A stretch of DNA of 64,000 nucleotides from a bacterium (lineage in GTDB: Bacteria > UBA8248): NCBI GenBank assembly GCA_965261085.1, contig OZ253442.1, forward strand, positions 1,728,001-1,792,000, written 5' to 3'. The position numbers and the translations under genes are program-made. Shown in pieces: positions 44,027-55,033 of this stretch (position 1 is its first letter; every line of letters starts with the position of its first letter). The notes beneath the pieces were generated by a model. The model was not told the origin of the DNA and ran no database searches. It saw nothing but the letters and a program-made list of their open reading frames with translations.

Positions 44027-44656
44027 ATGCCCCACAAGGCCAAATCCAACACGCGCGTTCTTCTGCTCAGACACGGCGCGGCGGAGGGTTCGAAAGAGGG
44101 TTTTTTCTACGGCAGCACCGATGCGCCGCTCTTGGCCGAGGGCGAGACGCAGGTGCGGGAAGCGGCGGCGTGCGTCAAGGACTGGCTCATGGAGAGCGAA
44201 ACGGCGCTTTACGCAAGTTCCCTTAGCCGCTCTGTGAGGACGGCGGAGATTTTATCCGAGACGCTGAACTTGGGACTCAAACCCGTGAGCGTCCCCGGTA
44301 TCTCCGAACTCCATTTAGGCGATTGGGAAGGAGAGACGCACGCCGGCCTCACGGAAAAAGAACCCGAACGACTGGCCGCGCATTACAGGGATTTCGTTCA
44401 TTCCAAACCGCCGGGCGATGGGGAATCCTTAGAAGAACTCGCCGCTCGCGTTTTGCCTGCGTTTCGCGGCATCTGCGCCCGCGAGAAAGGCAATAACATC
44501 ATCATCTGCGCCCATGCGGCGGTGAACCGAGTGATTCTGTGCGATGCGCTGGGCGCTCCACTCGAGAGCTTTTTTCGGCTGGAGCAAGACTTTGCGGCGT
44601 TGAACGTGATCGACCTTCACGAGGGCGCGCCCCTCGTCCGCATGATGAACATTTGA
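44027..44656 (+). CDS. Histidine phosphatase family protein (CobC-like)
   Basis: LLRHG, SSLSRS, ELHLGDWEG, GESL, CAH. Confidence 0.88.
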   Translation: MPHKAKSNTRVLLLRHGAAEGSKEGFFYGSTDAPLLAEGETQVREAAACVKDWLMESETALYASSLSRSVRTAEILSETLNLGLKPVSVPGISELHLGDWEGETHAGLTEKEPERLAAHYRDFVHSKPPGDGESLEELAARVLPAFRGICAREKGNNIIICAHAAVNRVILCDALGAPLESFFRLEQDFAALNVIDLHEGAPLVRMMNI

Positions 44657-44713
44657 TGAAATACGCTTGGTGCGCCTTTTGGTGTAGTAATCCTTAAAGG
44701 CCCGTCTGATCCC

Positions 44714-44749
44714 CTAGCGCCCTTGAAAGCGCTGATGCGCAATAACCAT
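44714..44749 (-). pseudogene. Probable vapC relic
   Basis: ATG overlaps vapB stop; ATG GTT ATT G.C GCA TCA GCG CT resembles MVI(D)ASAL and is joined to TTC AAG GGC (FKG). Confidence 0.5.
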
Positions 44750-45003
44750 CACGCGGGCAGGCCGCTTTCGTCATACCCGATGGTCTCATCGCTGCTTCGC
44801 TCGTCACGTCTCGGCAGCTTGGCGCAAAACAGAGCGATGCGGTCCAGTTCATCGGCAAGCGCTGCTCCGCCCTGAATCATCTCCAACTGCGCCAGTTTCT
44901 CCTGTATGGCGCGCTTGACGGCCTTGGCCATGGATTCTCCGTTCAAGCTCGCGAGCCTTTTCGCCAACTGATGGGTATCGTCATCTTTGATGTTGAGTTG
45001 CAT
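44749..45003 (-). CDS. vapB: VapB family antitoxin (Rv0623-like)
   Basis: LNIKD..LAKRLA...GESM..AV..A, DETIGYDESGLP. Confidence 0.88.
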   Translation of the reverse strand: MQLNIKDDDTHQLAKRLASLNGESMAKAVKRAIQEKLAQLEMIQGGAALADELDRIALFCAKLPRRDERSSDETIGYDESGLPA

Positions 45004-45036
45004 CGCGTAAACCTTGCAAGTCAAGAGACTGAGTCC

Positions 45037-46005
45037 CTACTTCCCCCTGAAGGCCTTGATGATCGCAGCGCCTTCGGCCCCTGCGGCCTTGGTCCATTCG
45101 GCGGACATGGTAGCGCCGATTTTGGCCAGATCGGCGGCGAGGCGCTTCCCCTGCCTCTGTACGCTCATGCCGTTGGCGGCGAGTTGTTCGAGATAAAAGC
45201 CGGTCAACTCCCGCACTCGCGCCGTTCCTGCCGCTTCGGCCAGCAGCGCCGCCGAGCGCAGGCAGTTCCGGGCATGGGCGTCGAGCGCTTTGAAGGCGCG
45301 TTTGTTTGCGAACACGTAGTTGCGCGGCAACCAGGCGCGCAAATCATAAAAATGGCTCACTTGTTTCCAGAGCTTGTGGTCATAGGCGGTCGCGCTCGAA
45401 GTGATGAAGGCCTCCACCTTCCCGCTCGCGAGCGCCCGGTCGAGCTCCGCCAACTCGATGTGCACCGAGGGCATTCCGGCGAGTTTCGCGAATCGCGCCG
45501 TCACGGCGTTGTAGGTGCGGAACCTGACCCCGCGCATGTCGGCGACGCCGCCGATCGCGCGTTTGAAGTACATCCCCTGCGGCGGCCAGGGGACGGAGTA
45601 GAGAAGTACGAGATTCTGCTCGGCGAGAATCTTCGTCAGCCGGCTTCGGGCCGCCCGCCAAAGCTTGTCAGACGCCTCGAAAGACGTGGCCAGCAGCGGC
45701 ACGGAGTCGAACCCGAAGACGGCGTTTTCGTTCTGGTGCGCGCTCAGCAAGCGCTCGCCGATGGGAGCCTCCCCGCTCTCTACGGCGCGCTTGATTTCAC
45801 CGCCCTTGATGAGTGAACCGCCTCCATGCACCACGATATCCAGCTTTCCTCCGGTGCATACGCCCACCGCCTTGGCGAATAACTTTGCGTTTTGCGTGTG
45901 GTAGTTCGCGTTCCCATATGCCGTCGGCATGTTCCATTTTTCCGCCGCTTGGGCCGTCCCAGCCCACAGGAGCAGGCCCGCTGCCAGTCCCGCCAACCAT
46001 TTCAT
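45037..46005 (-). CDS. TRAP transporter substrate-binding protein (DctP family)
   Basis: Signal peptide; WNMPTAY, GERLLSAH, SVPWPPQG. Confidence 0.88.
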   Translation of the reverse strand: MKWLAGLAAGLLLWAGTAQAAEKWNMPTAYGNANYHTQNAKLFAKAVGVCTGGKLDIVVHGGGSLIKGGEIKRAVESGEAPIGERLLSAHQNENAVFGFDSVPLLATSFEASDKLWRAARSRLTKILAEQNLVLLYSVPWPPQGMYFKRAIGGVADMRGVRFRTYNAVTARFAKLAGMPSVHIELAELDRALASGKVEAFITSSATAYDHKLWKQVSHFYDLRAWLPRNYVFANKRAFKALDAHARNCLRSAALLAEAAGTARVRELTGFYLEQLAANGMSVQRQGKRLAADLAKIGATMSAEWTKAAGAEGAAIIKAFRGK

Positions 46006-46137
46006 GATCGAGTCTTCCGTTATGTAAACGCCGTGATAGCCGTCGATTGAAGCAAACGATGTACGAAAATACTGGTTGTTATTCTATACTAACAATCGTT
46101 CTCAGAGGACCCTCAATCTTCTCTCATAGAGGGTCTC

Positions 46138-47436
46138 ATGCAACTAATCGAGAAAATCCGCAAAAAACAGGTTCGCGTGTGCGTGATGGGTTTGGGGTAC
46201 GTCGGACTCCCGCTCGCGCTGGAGTTCGTGCGCGCAGGCTACCGGGTCTTCGGTCTGGATTCAGATTCCCGCCGGGTTCGTGACCTGAAAGAGGCGAAGA
46301 GCCATATTCTGGATGTTTCCTCAAAAAGCTTGGCTGCGGGGTTGGGGACGAATCGGCTCGAGTTCACTTGCGATCATCGAGCGATTGCGGAGGCCGACGC
46401 GATCAGCATTTGCGTCCCCACGCCGTTGGGCAAGACTGGCGACCCGGATTTGTCCTTCGTGCAATCCGCCATCGAGAGTATCGGGCATCACCGCAGGCGA
46501 GGGCAGCTTTATGTGCTCGAAAGCACCACCTACCCGGGGACGACCGAAGAAATCATTTTGCCCGTTTTATCCGAAGGAGGCTGGAAGGCGGGCGAGGATT
46601 TCTGCCTCGCTTTCTCACCCGAGCGTGTGGATCCCGGAAACGAGCGATACACCACGCGAAACATACCGAAAGTCGTGGGTGGCGTGACGCCAAAGTGCGC
46701 CGATTGCGCTTGCGCCTTGTATGAAGGAGTCATCGAGCAGATCGTACGGGTCGCCTCGCCCCGGGTCGCTGAGATGGTGAAGTTGCTCGAAAATACGTTT
46801 CGCAGCGTCAACATCGCCCTTGTGAACGAGATGGCGAAAATGTGCCATGCCCTCGACCTGGATGTTTGGGAGGTGATTGAGGCGGCGAAGACGAAGCCTT
46901 TCGGTTTCATGCCCTTTTATCCCGGGCCGGGTCTCGGAGGGCACTGTATACCCGTGGATCCCGTTTATTTGTCCTGGAAGGCGCGGCAGGCGGGATTCGA
47001 GTCGAAGTTCATCGACCTGGCCGATAAGGTGAACAACTCGATGCCGGGGTTTGTCGTGGAACTCATATCCAAGGCCCTGAACGAGACGGGCAAGGCGCTC
47101 AAGGGAGCGAGGATCCTGCTGGCCGGTGTGACGTATAAAGCGGACGTGTCCGACATCAGGGAGAGTCCCGCTTTAGACCTCTGGCTGCGTCTGGAGCGCC
47201 TCGGAGCGGTCGTTTGCTATTCGGACCCCCATGTGCCGAAAATCGACGCGCCCCCGATTAGGGCGCATTCGCGGCCTATCGGCGCCGATTTACTGCGTCA
47301 ATACGACTGCGTGGTCGTGCTCGCGAATCACGAATTATTGGACAGAGAGTGCATCCACGCCCATGCGAATTGCATCGTGGATACGCGAAACGCCTTCGCG
47401 GATTTCGAGCAAAACAGCCGTTTGTTCAAACTGTGA
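46138..47436 (+). CDS. Nucleotide-sugar (UDP-N-acetylhexosamine) 6-dehydrogenase
   Basis: GLGYVGLP, CVPTP, ESTTYPGTT, FSPER, GGHCIPVDP. Confidence 0.93.
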   Translation: MQLIEKIRKKQVRVCVMGLGYVGLPLALEFVRAGYRVFGLDSDSRRVRDLKEAKSHILDVSSKSLAAGLGTNRLEFTCDHRAIAEADAISICVPTPLGKTGDPDLSFVQSAIESIGHHRRRGQLYVLESTTYPGTTEEIILPVLSEGGWKAGEDFCLAFSPERVDPGNERYTTRNIPKVVGGVTPKCADCACALYEGVIEQIVRVASPRVAEMVKLLENTFRSVNIALVNEMAKMCHALDLDVWEVIEAAKTKPFGFMPFYPGPGLGGHCIPVDPVYLSWKARQAGFESKFIDLADKVNNSMPGFVVELISKALNETGKALKGARILLAGVTYKADVSDIRESPALDLWLRLERLGAVVCYSDPHVPKIDAPPIRAHSRPIGADLLRQYDCVVVLANHELLDRECIHAHANCIVDTRNAFADFEQNSRLFKL

Positions 47437-47649
47437 TGCGACTTTCTTCGGCCGATGGTTTCATTTGGAGTCGGCACTGGGTCTAAAGTGCATGAAAAAC
47501 AATAAAATACGCACTACGTCCGCGTCCGGGTCCCTTTCCCGGGAAATTCCGCCCGAGGTGGTTGACATCGCCCGGCCATCTGGGGTTTATATACACCCTC
47601 GTCTTCTCCAGGGAAGATTGTTTGTGAACCAAAGAAGAGAAGAGAGCCG

Positions 47650-48099
47650 ATGAGAATGTACCGCAAGACAGTCAGTCTCACGAAAGAGAAGGCCAACGCC
47701 CAGCGCGGTTGGGTGCTGGTGGATGCGAAAGACCAGACGCTGGGGCGTCTTTCCACGCGCGTGGCGACGTTGCTGCGCGGGAAGCACAAACCGGACTGGA
47801 CGCCGCACGTCGATAATGGCGAATACGTCGTCATCATCAATGCGGAGCGCATCATACTCACGGGCCGCAAGCTTACGGAGAAAAAGTATTATCGCCATTC
47901 CGGCTATCCGGGGCATCTCAAGGAGGTGAGTGCGGAGCGCATGCTGGAAACGCATCCTGAACGCGTGATAGAACACGCCGTGCGGGGAATGTTGCCCAAA
48001 AGCAAGCTGGGGCGCTCCCTGTTGCAGAAACTCAAAGTATACGCGGGCGAAAAACATCCGCATGAGGCGCAATGCCCCGAAGTGATTCAGTTTGACTGA
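47650..48099 (+). CDS. rplM: 50S ribosomal protein L13
   Basis: LGRLST..LRGKHKP.WTPHVD, HSGYPG, HPHEAQ. Confidence 0.99.
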   Translation: MRMYRKTVSLTKEKANAQRGWVLVDAKDQTLGRLSTRVATLLRGKHKPDWTPHVDNGEYVVIINAERIILTGRKLTEKKYYRHSGYPGHLKEVSAERMLETHPERVIEHAVRGMLPKSKLGRSLLQKLKVYAGEKHPHEAQCPEVIQFD

Positions 48100-48125
48100 A
48101 ACTCCAAGAGGTTTTTGAAATCGAT

Positions 48126-48521
48126 ATGGCTACGATACCGAAGCATTACGCAACGGGAAAACGGAAAACAGCCGTCGCGCGCGTCTGGATAGAGCCGGGC
48201 GATGGCAGAATTCTGGTCAACAACACGCCGGCGGACGAGTATTTCCTCCGCGACACCTCGCTCATGGTAATCAAGCAGCCCTTCGAGTTGACCGAGACCT
48301 GGGGCAGCTACGACGTGCGGGCAACCGTGAAGGGCGGGGGACTCACCGGTCAGGCGGGCGCCGTTCGCCACGGGATTTCAAAAGCCCTGTTGGACGTAGA
48401 CCCCGCATTTCGGACGATTCTGAAAAAAGCGGGCCTCATCACGCGCGATTCCCGCGTGAAAGAGCGCAAAAAATACGGCTTGAAAGGCGCGCGCAAGAGC
48501 TCCCAGTTCTCCAAGCGCTAA
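48126..48521 (+). CDS. rpsI: 30S ribosomal protein S9
   Basis: [26 protein letters not shown]. Confidence 0.99.
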   Translation: MATIPKHYATGKRKTAVARVWIEPGDGRILVNNTPADEYFLRDTSLMVIKQPFELTETWGSYDVRATVKGGGLTGQAGAVRHGISKALLDVDPAFRTILKKAGLITRDSRVKERKKYGLKGARKSSQFSKR

Positions 48522-48541
48522 CCACTGCGGTGGTCGATTCG

Positions 48542-48569
48542 GGGGCTGGCTTTGCCGGCCCCTTTTTTT
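48542..48569 (+). terminator. Rho-independent terminator after rpsI
   Basis: GGGGCTGGC-TTT-GCCGGCCCC followed by T7. Confidence 0.85.
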
Positions 48570-48650
48570 GTGCGGAAAAATGTATTCTAGCCGATATTCA
48601 TTTTGAGTGAGGTTTGATGCGAAGGGCCGAGGATTCTGGAGGAGAAGGAG

Positions 48651-49688
48651 ATGCCTAAAATCGCCGTGGTGGGCGCCACGGGATACACGGGTTTTGAATT
48701 ATTGAGGCTTCTCGGGTCGCACGGGGGGGTGGAGGTGATGGCCCTCACGTCCGAGACCTATGCAGGCAAGAAGGTGGATGAGGTGTTTCCCGCCCTCGCT
48801 TCGGTGCACGATCACACGCTCGTGAAGTTCGAGCTCTCCGTCTGCGAGGGAGCCGACCTCGTATTCTGCTGCCTGCCCCACCGGGTGGCGATGAACACCG
48901 TGCCCTCTTTGCTGGAAGCTGGTCACCGGGTGGTGGATTTTTCCGCGGATTACCGTTTGAGGGATTTCGGCGTGTATGAAGCCTGGTACAAGACCAAACA
49001 TACCTCACCCGAGAGGATAGCGGACGCCGTCTACGGAATACCCGAACTCTATCGCGAGGACATCAAGAAGGCGCGCCTCGTCGCCAACCCGGGTTGTTAC
49101 CCCACGGGAGCGATTCTCTCCCTCGCCCCGCTTTTGAGGGCGGGACTCATCAAGCCCGATTCCATCATCGTGGATGCTAAATCGGGTGTTTCAGGAGCGG
49201 GCAGAAAAGCGGACCTGGGCCTTCAGTTCGGTGAGGTGAACGAGGGCTTTAAAGCCTATGGCGTCGGGAACCATCGCCATACGCCCGAAATCGAGCAGGA
49301 ATTGTCCGTCGCCTTAGGCGACGCCGTGCAGGTTTCCTTCACACCGCATCTGGCGCCCATGACACGGGGCATTCTCTCGACCATATACGCTGGGGGCGAG
49401 GGAGGCGCCGATGCTTCGGCGGTTCGGGCGGCGCTGCGCGACGCCTATGCGGATGAGCCGTTCATCCGCCTGATGCCCGAGGGCGCGCTTCCCAACGTAA
49501 CGCAGGTGGCCGGCTCGAATTACGTGGACATCGGGCTGGTTTATGATGAGCGGACGTCGCGCTTTATCGTTGTGGTGGCGATAGATAATCTGGTGAAAGG
49601 CGCATCGGGAGCGGCGGTTCAGAACATGAATCTGATGCTGGGGCTTCCCGAGACGCAAGGTCTCCTTCACCCGGGGTTTTGGATGTGA
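48651..49688 (+). CDS. argC: N-acetyl-gamma-glutamyl-phosphate reductase
   Basis: GATGYTG, ANPGCY, SGVSGAG, DNLVKGA. Confidence 0.98.
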   Translation: MPKIAVVGATGYTGFELLRLLGSHGGVEVMALTSETYAGKKVDEVFPALASVHDHTLVKFELSVCEGADLVFCCLPHRVAMNTVPSLLEAGHRVVDFSADYRLRDFGVYEAWYKTKHTSPERIADAVYGIPELYREDIKKARLVANPGCYPTGAILSLAPLLRAGLIKPDSIIVDAKSGVSGAGRKADLGLQFGEVNEGFKAYGVGNHRHTPEIEQELSVALGDAVQVSFTPHLAPMTRGILSTIYAGGEGGADASAVRAALRDAYADEPFIRLMPEGALPNVTQVAGSNYVDIGLVYDERTSRFIVVVAIDNLVKGASGAAVQNMNLMLGLPETQGLLHPGFWM

Positions 49689-50899
49689 GCGAACAAGAAT
49701 TCATACAGGCGATTGATGGCGGCATCTGCGCGGCCGAGGGAGTCCGCGCCGCATCGGTGACGGCGGGCATCAAGCCCTCGGGCAAGCCCGATATGGTGTT
49801 GCTTGTCTTTGACCCCCCGGCTACGGCTGCGGGTGTTTATACCCAGAACAAGATGTGCGCCGCTCCGGTCACCCTGTGCAGGGAGCGGGTCGGGAAATCG
49901 CCTTTGCGGGCGTTTCTCGTCAACAGCGGCAACGCGAACGCCTGCACGGGCGGGCAGGGTTATGAGGACGCAGTAACCCTGTGCGGCGTGGTGGCGGATT
50001 CGCTCGATTGCCCGGAAGCGCAAGTCGCCATGTCTTCCACCGGGCTTATAGGCGCTCCGCTCCCGGTGGACGTCATGAAGGCCCAGATCGGGAATCTGGT
50101 GTCCGGCCTTTCCGCGGATAACGGCCACGAGGCGGCGGTGGGTATCATGACGACCGACACGCGGCCCAAGGAGCACGCCGTCCGGGTGAGCGTGGATGAA
50201 GGCGTTTTCCACATCGGTGGCATCACCAAGGGTGCCGGTATGATCGCCCCCAACATGGCGACCATGCTCGCCTATATTGCGACCGACGCCGCCTGCTCGC
50301 AAACCGACCTCCAGGCCATCCTGCGGGCCGTCGTGCGCAAGACGTTCAACTGCGTGACGATTGACGGCGACACCTCGACGAACGACACGGTGATTCTGGC
50401 CGCCACGGGCGCATCCGGCGTTGCGTTGGAATCGGCGGATGCCCTGGCGCGGTTCAAGGCGGGGCTTTACCGGGTGTGCAAGGAACTGGCCCTGGCCATC
50501 GTTCGCGATGGGGAGGGAGTCAACAAGGTGGTGGAGGTGAAAATCACGGGCGCCGCCAGCGAGGAGCAGGCGCATCTGGCGGCGAAGTCGGTTTCCGAGA
50601 GCCTGTTGGTGAAGACGGCCATTCATGGCGAGATGCCCAACTGGGGCCGAATGTTCGCGGCGGCCGGCTACAGCGGCGCGGACATGGCGCCCGAGAAGAT
50701 GTCGCTGAGATTCGAGAACGTGGAAGTGATGCGCGATGGCGCGCCTGTTCCCGGCTGGACCGAAGCCCTGGCTCCCTTGCTCAAGCAGCCCGAATACGGC
50801 CTCGAACTGGGCTTGGGGGTTGGTGATGCGGAGGCCGTCTTTTGGACGACGGATTTGAGCGCGGAATACGTGCGGTTCAACGCGGATTACAAGACGTGA
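49685..50899 (+). CDS. argJ: Ornithine acetyltransferase
   Basis: NSGNANACTG, KGAGMIAPNMATML, DTSTND. Confidence 0.98.
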   Translation: MSEQEFIQAIDGGICAAEGVRAASVTAGIKPSGKPDMVLLVFDPPATAAGVYTQNKMCAAPVTLCRERVGKSPLRAFLVNSGNANACTGGQGYEDAVTLCGVVADSLDCPEAQVAMSSTGLIGAPLPVDVMKAQIGNLVSGLSADNGHEAAVGIMTTDTRPKEHAVRVSVDEGVFHIGGITKGAGMIAPNMATMLAYIATDAACSQTDLQAILRAVVRKTFNCVTIDGDTSTNDTVILAATGASGVALESADALARFKAGLYRVCKELALAIVRDGEGVNKVVEVKITGAASEEQAHLAAKSVSESLLVKTAIHGEMPNWGRMFAAAGYSGADMAPEKMSLRFENVEVMRDGAPVPGWTEALAPLLKQPEYGLELGLGVGDAEAVFWTTDLSAEYVRFNADYKT

Positions 50900-51094
50900 A
50901 CGCTTTTGATTCGCAGACTTGAATCGTCGGTGTTCTTATGAGACATTCCATGCGCCGAACGGTGGCGGACGCCGTGGTGGCGGAGCTGCTCGGCGAATTA
51001 CTCAAACAAAATCAAATGCTTAAAAATTCGGTCTCATCCGCCAAGAGACTGGCGGGGCCCCCCTGATGAAAGGCGGGGCAAAAGGAGTGTTCCC

Positions 51095-51892
51095 TTGAAC
51101 CCGATTACATTGCGCGAGTTGCTGGAAGCCGGCGCCCACTTCGGGCACCAGACCACCCGATGGAACCCCAAGATGCGCCCCTATATTTTCGGCGCGCGAA
51201 ACGGGATTTACATCATCGACCTTCAAAAAACCCTCAAGTTGTTCAACACCGCTCGGGAGGTGATTCGCGATATCGCCGCGAAGGACGGCAAGGTGCTCTT
51301 TGTGGGAACGAAACAACAGGCCCAGGAAATCGTGATGGAAGAGGCCCGCAACGTGGGAATGCCCTTCGTCACCCAGCGCTGGCTCGGCGGGACGCTCACG
51401 AATTTCTCGACGATCAAAAATTCCATTGCGCGTCTTCTCGATCTGGAGACGATGAAGAACGACGGCACCTTCGAGCTTTTGGCCAAAAAAGAGGCCGTCA
51501 GGCGCGAGAAGGACATGGCGCGGCTCGAGAAGTTCCTGGGTGGCATCAAGCATATGGACAAGCTGCCGCAAGCCATGTTCATCGTCGATACGGGTCATGA
51601 GTACAACGCCATTAGCGAGGCCAGGAAACTGGGGATTCCCGTCATAGCGGTAGTGGACACGAATTCCAACCCCGACGGGGTGGATCATATCCTGCCGGGC
51701 AATGACGACGCCCTACGCTCGATTCGCTTCTTCGTGTCGCGGGTGGCGGAGGCCATCGCAGAGGGAGCCACCGTGCGCAAGGAGACTGGGGCCGAGGACG
51801 TCGAAGCCGTCGTCGCATCGGGCGACGCGGTGGCGGCGGAAATGATGGCGGTGGCCGCTGCGGGCGGCGAGGGAACAAAAGCGGAAAAATAA
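51095..51892 (+). CDS. rpsB: 30S ribosomal protein S2
   Basis: [32 protein letters not shown]. Confidence 0.99.
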   Translation: MNPITLRELLEAGAHFGHQTTRWNPKMRPYIFGARNGIYIIDLQKTLKLFNTAREVIRDIAAKDGKVLFVGTKQQAQEIVMEEARNVGMPFVTQRWLGGTLTNFSTIKNSIARLLDLETMKNDGTFELLAKKEAVRREKDMARLEKFLGGIKHMDKLPQAMFIVDTGHEYNAISEARKLGIPVIAVVDTNSNPDGVDHILPGNDDALRSIRFFVSRVAEAIAEGATVRKETGAEDVEAVVASGDAVAAEMMAVAAAGGEGTKAEK

Positions 51893-51941
51893 CCTTTACT
51901 TTTTCAGTGATTGCTGGATTTCATGAGGAGAGGTGCAGGGC

Positions 51942-52820
51942 ATGGAAGTAACTGCTCAGATGGTCAAGGAGTTAAGAACCCGCACCGGTGCGGGCATCAT
52001 GGATTGCAAGGAAGCCCTCAAGGAAAACGAGGGAGATTTTGATGAAGCGGTGCGTTATTTGCGGGAAAAAGGACTTTCCAGCGCCGCCAAGAAGGCAGGG
52101 CGCGCGGCGAGCGAGGGCCAGGTATACGCTTCTCTTGGAGAAGACGGCCGTATGGGCGCCATCGTCGAGGTGAATTGCGAGACCGATTTCGTGGCCCGCA
52201 CGGATGATTTTCAAGCGCTTCTCGAAACCGTAGCGAGCCATGTGAAGGACAATGGAGGCGATAATCTCGCCGAAGCGCTGAAAGATGTGTCTACGGGGGC
52301 TATTGCCAAACTGGGCGAGAACATCGTCGTCACTCGCGGGGAGCGCCTCGCCTTGGGAGACGGCGATTTGGGTAAGGTGGTTTCCTATATTCACCCGGGC
52401 GGTCGGATTGGCGTCTTGCTTGGGGTGAGATGTGAAACGTCCGAGAAGACGGGTGATGCCGCATTCGGCGAAACTGCACGCGATCTGGCGATGCACATCG
52501 CGGCGAGCAGTCCACAATTTCTCTCGGAAGATCAGGTGCCGGAAGTGGTTCTGCAGAGTGAGCGAGAGATTCTTCTTGCCCAGCAGAAAGATTCCGGAAA
52601 GCCCGAGAACATTTTGGAGAAAATCGTCGAAGGACGCATCAAGAAATACAAAAAAGAGATTTGCCTGCTCGATCAGCCATTCGTCAAGGACCCCGACAAG
52701 ATGGTTCAGGCGTATTTGAAAGACAGAAGCGCGGAATTGGGTGAAGAAATTCGGGTTTCTTCCTGGGCTCGCTTTCAACTCGGTGAACTTTCCGCGTCGG
52801 ATGTAGGTAGGTCTTTCTAA
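51942..52820 (+). CDS. tsf: Elongation factor Ts
   Basis: [24 protein letters not shown]. Confidence 0.99.
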   Translation: MEVTAQMVKELRTRTGAGIMDCKEALKENEGDFDEAVRYLREKGLSSAAKKAGRAASEGQVYASLGEDGRMGAIVEVNCETDFVARTDDFQALLETVASHVKDNGGDNLAEALKDVSTGAIAKLGENIVVTRGERLALGDGDLGKVVSYIHPGGRIGVLLGVRCETSEKTGDAAFGETARDLAMHIAASSPQFLSEDQVPEVVLQSEREILLAQQKDSGKPENILEKIVEGRIKKYKKEICLLDQPFVKDPDKMVQAYLKDRSAELGEEIRVSSWARFQLGELSASDVGRSF

Positions 52821-52872
52821 CGAATTATTCGCACCGCCCGTTGTCATTGGCTTGAAATTTCTGGGGATGTCC

Positions 52873-53601
52873 ATGCGCGGCGACCTGCGATTCAAGAAGA
52901 TTTTGCTCAAACTCTCAGGCGAAGCACTGGGGGGAGATCTCAAGTATGGGATCGACCATAATGTCGTTGACGACATAGCGCAAGAAATCCATGAAATCCA
53001 CCACATGGGAGTCGAAATCGCCATTGTCGTAGGCGGCGGGAACATCTTCCGGGGCGCGGCTGCCGCCGCTACCGGCATGGAGCGCACCAACGCCGACTAC
53101 ATGGGTATGCTCGGTACGGTCATCAACGCTCTGGCTCTTCAGCACGCGCTCGAGAAAGTGGACCTCGCCACGCGCGTCCAGAGCGCCATCCACATGGCGG
53201 AGTTGTGCGAGCCCTACATCAGAAGGCGCGCGATACGCCACATGGAAAAAGGCCGGGTCGTCATCTTCGCCGGCGGCACCGGCAATCCCTACTTTACGAC
53301 GGATACCACCGCGAGTCTCAGAGCCATAGAGGTGGGTGCCGAGTGCATACTCAAGGCCACGAATGTGGATGGCGTTTTCTCCGCCGATCCCAATCAAGAC
53401 GATACGGCCGAGTTCATCGATGAGTTGACGTATATCGAGGTGCTCAATCGCCAACTCGCCGTCATGGACACCACCGCCGTGAGCTTGTGCATGGACAACA
53501 ATTTGCCCATTATTGTCTTTAACCTGCTAAAGCCCGGCAACATTCGCCGCGTGGTGGAGGGCGAGCAGGTGGGGACTTTGGTGAAGGCCGCCGGGGTCTG
53601 A
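52873..53601 (+). CDS. pyrH: UMP kinase
   Basis: [25 protein letters not shown]. Confidence 0.99.
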   Translation: MRGDLRFKKILLKLSGEALGGDLKYGIDHNVVDDIAQEIHEIHHMGVEIAIVVGGGNIFRGAAAAATGMERTNADYMGMLGTVINALALQHALEKVDLATRVQSAIHMAELCEPYIRRRAIRHMEKGRVVIFAGGTGNPYFTTDTTASLRAIEVGAECILKATNVDGVFSADPNQDDTAEFIDELTYIEVLNRQLAVMDTTAVSLCMDNNLPIIVFNLLKPGNIRRVVEGEQVGTLVKAAGV

Positions 53602-53699
53602 TGGGGCGCGGGTCGCACTAGCCCGGAATCGGCGCGCGAGAGTCTTTGACGAGAGGTGTAAAGTGATGATTTTGGACTTCCTACAGGGAGAGATGGTCG

Positions 53700-54254
53700 A
53701 TGGATGAGGTTCTCGCCGCGTTAAGGAAAAGGATGCTGGCTACTGTGGAATCATACAAGTCGGAAATCGCCCGCGTGCGAACCGGGCGCGCTTCCACGAA
53801 TCTCATCAGTGGGGTGATGGTCGACTACTATGGAACGTCCACGCCGCTGAATCAACTCGCCACCCTGAACGTGCCTGAACCACAACTCATCATCGTTCAG
53901 CCTTTCGACATCAACTCGTTGGGCGACATCGAAAAGGCGATTCAATCGGCGGAGCTGGGCTTGAACCCATCGAACGACGGTAAGATCATCCGCGTTCCGG
54001 TGCCGGCGCTCACCGAGGAGCGCCGCAAGGAGATGGTGAAACTACTCAAGAAGATGACCGAAGAGCATAAGGTCGCGCTTCGCAACATTCGGCGCGATGG
54101 CAACGATGACATAAAAAACCTTGAGAAGAACAATGAGATTACCGAGGATGATCTCAGGAAAGGGCAGGGGGACGTTCAGAGGTTGACGGATCAGTTCGTC
54201 TCCGATTTGGATGACTTGCTTTCAGCTAAAGAGAAAGAGATTCTAGAGGTCTAG
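53700..54254 (+). CDS. frr: Ribosome recycling factor
   Basis: RTGRA, DYYG, LTEERRKE. Confidence 0.99.
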   Translation: MDEVLAALRKRMLATVESYKSEIARVRTGRASTNLISGVMVDYYGTSTPLNQLATLNVPEPQLIIVQPFDINSLGDIEKAIQSAELGLNPSNDGKIIRVPVPALTEERRKEMVKLLKKMTEEHKVALRNIRRDGNDDIKNLEKNNEITEDDLRKGQGDVQRLTDQFVSDLDDLLSAKEKEILEV

Positions 54255-54271
54255 TTTTCACCGGAGCGTGT

Positions 54272-55030
54272 ATGGAATCTCGCATCGACTCACGCATCGA
54301 TCTTGAACGGCTTCCCCGCCATATCGGCGTTATCATGGACGGTAACGGTCGCTGGGCCCAAAAACGGTTCCTCCCCCGAGTCGCTGGTCACCGGGAGGGC
54401 GTGAAATCGGTCGATAAGGTGGTGGCGCATGCGCGCCGCATCGGTATCAAAGCTCTTACTCTGTATAGCTTCTCTCTGGAGAATTGGAACAGACCCAAAG
54501 ACGAGGTAGACGCGCTCATGGATATCCTGGCGGATTACCTCGAACGTGAACTTCAAAGGATGCTCAGAGAGGGTATCCGTTTCAATACGATCGGGCACGA
54601 AGAGGATTTGCCCTTGTTTGCGCGTGAGATCGTTCACCGCGTAAAAGAGCAAACGGCAGACCAGGATGGGATGGTTTTGACTTTGGCGCTGAGTTACGGC
54701 GCACGGCGGGAAATCACCGACGCGGCGAGAGCCATCTCCAGGGAAGTGCAGAAAGGGATGCTTCAGCCCGAGGAAATCGATGAAAGTGACGTCGAGCGCC
54801 ATCTGTATACGGCGGATTTGCCCAAACTCGACCTCTTGATTCGGACCAGCGGCGAACTCAGGCTCTCCAACTATCTTCTCTGGCAAGCGGCGTATGCGGA
54901 ACTGTATTTCACGGATATCAAGTGGCCCGAATTCGGAGAACGCGAACTCGAAGACGCCATTCTCGCCTATCAGTCCCGGGTGCGGAAATTCGGTCTCACC
55001 GAGGAGCAGTTCACGACTCGGAGAAACTAG
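54272..55030 (+). CDS. uppS: Undecaprenyl diphosphate synthase
   Basis: IMDGNGRWA, FSLENW.RP, IRTSGE.RLSN. Confidence 0.98.
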   Translation: MESRIDSRIDLERLPRHIGVIMDGNGRWAQKRFLPRVAGHREGVKSVDKVVAHARRIGIKALTLYSFSLENWNRPKDEVDALMDILADYLERELQRMLREGIRFNTIGHEEDLPLFAREIVHRVKEQTADQDGMVLTLALSYGARREITDAARAISREVQKGMLQPEEIDESDVERHLYTADLPKLDLLIRTSGELRLSNYLLWQAAYAELYFTDIKWPEFGERELEDAILAYQSRVRKFGLTEEQFTTRRN

Positions 55031-55033
55031 GTT

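Noticed and set aside
50900-51094. Possible rpsB leader RNA
   Set aside because: Expected by position and GC-rich stems exist, but I cannot define a supported structure
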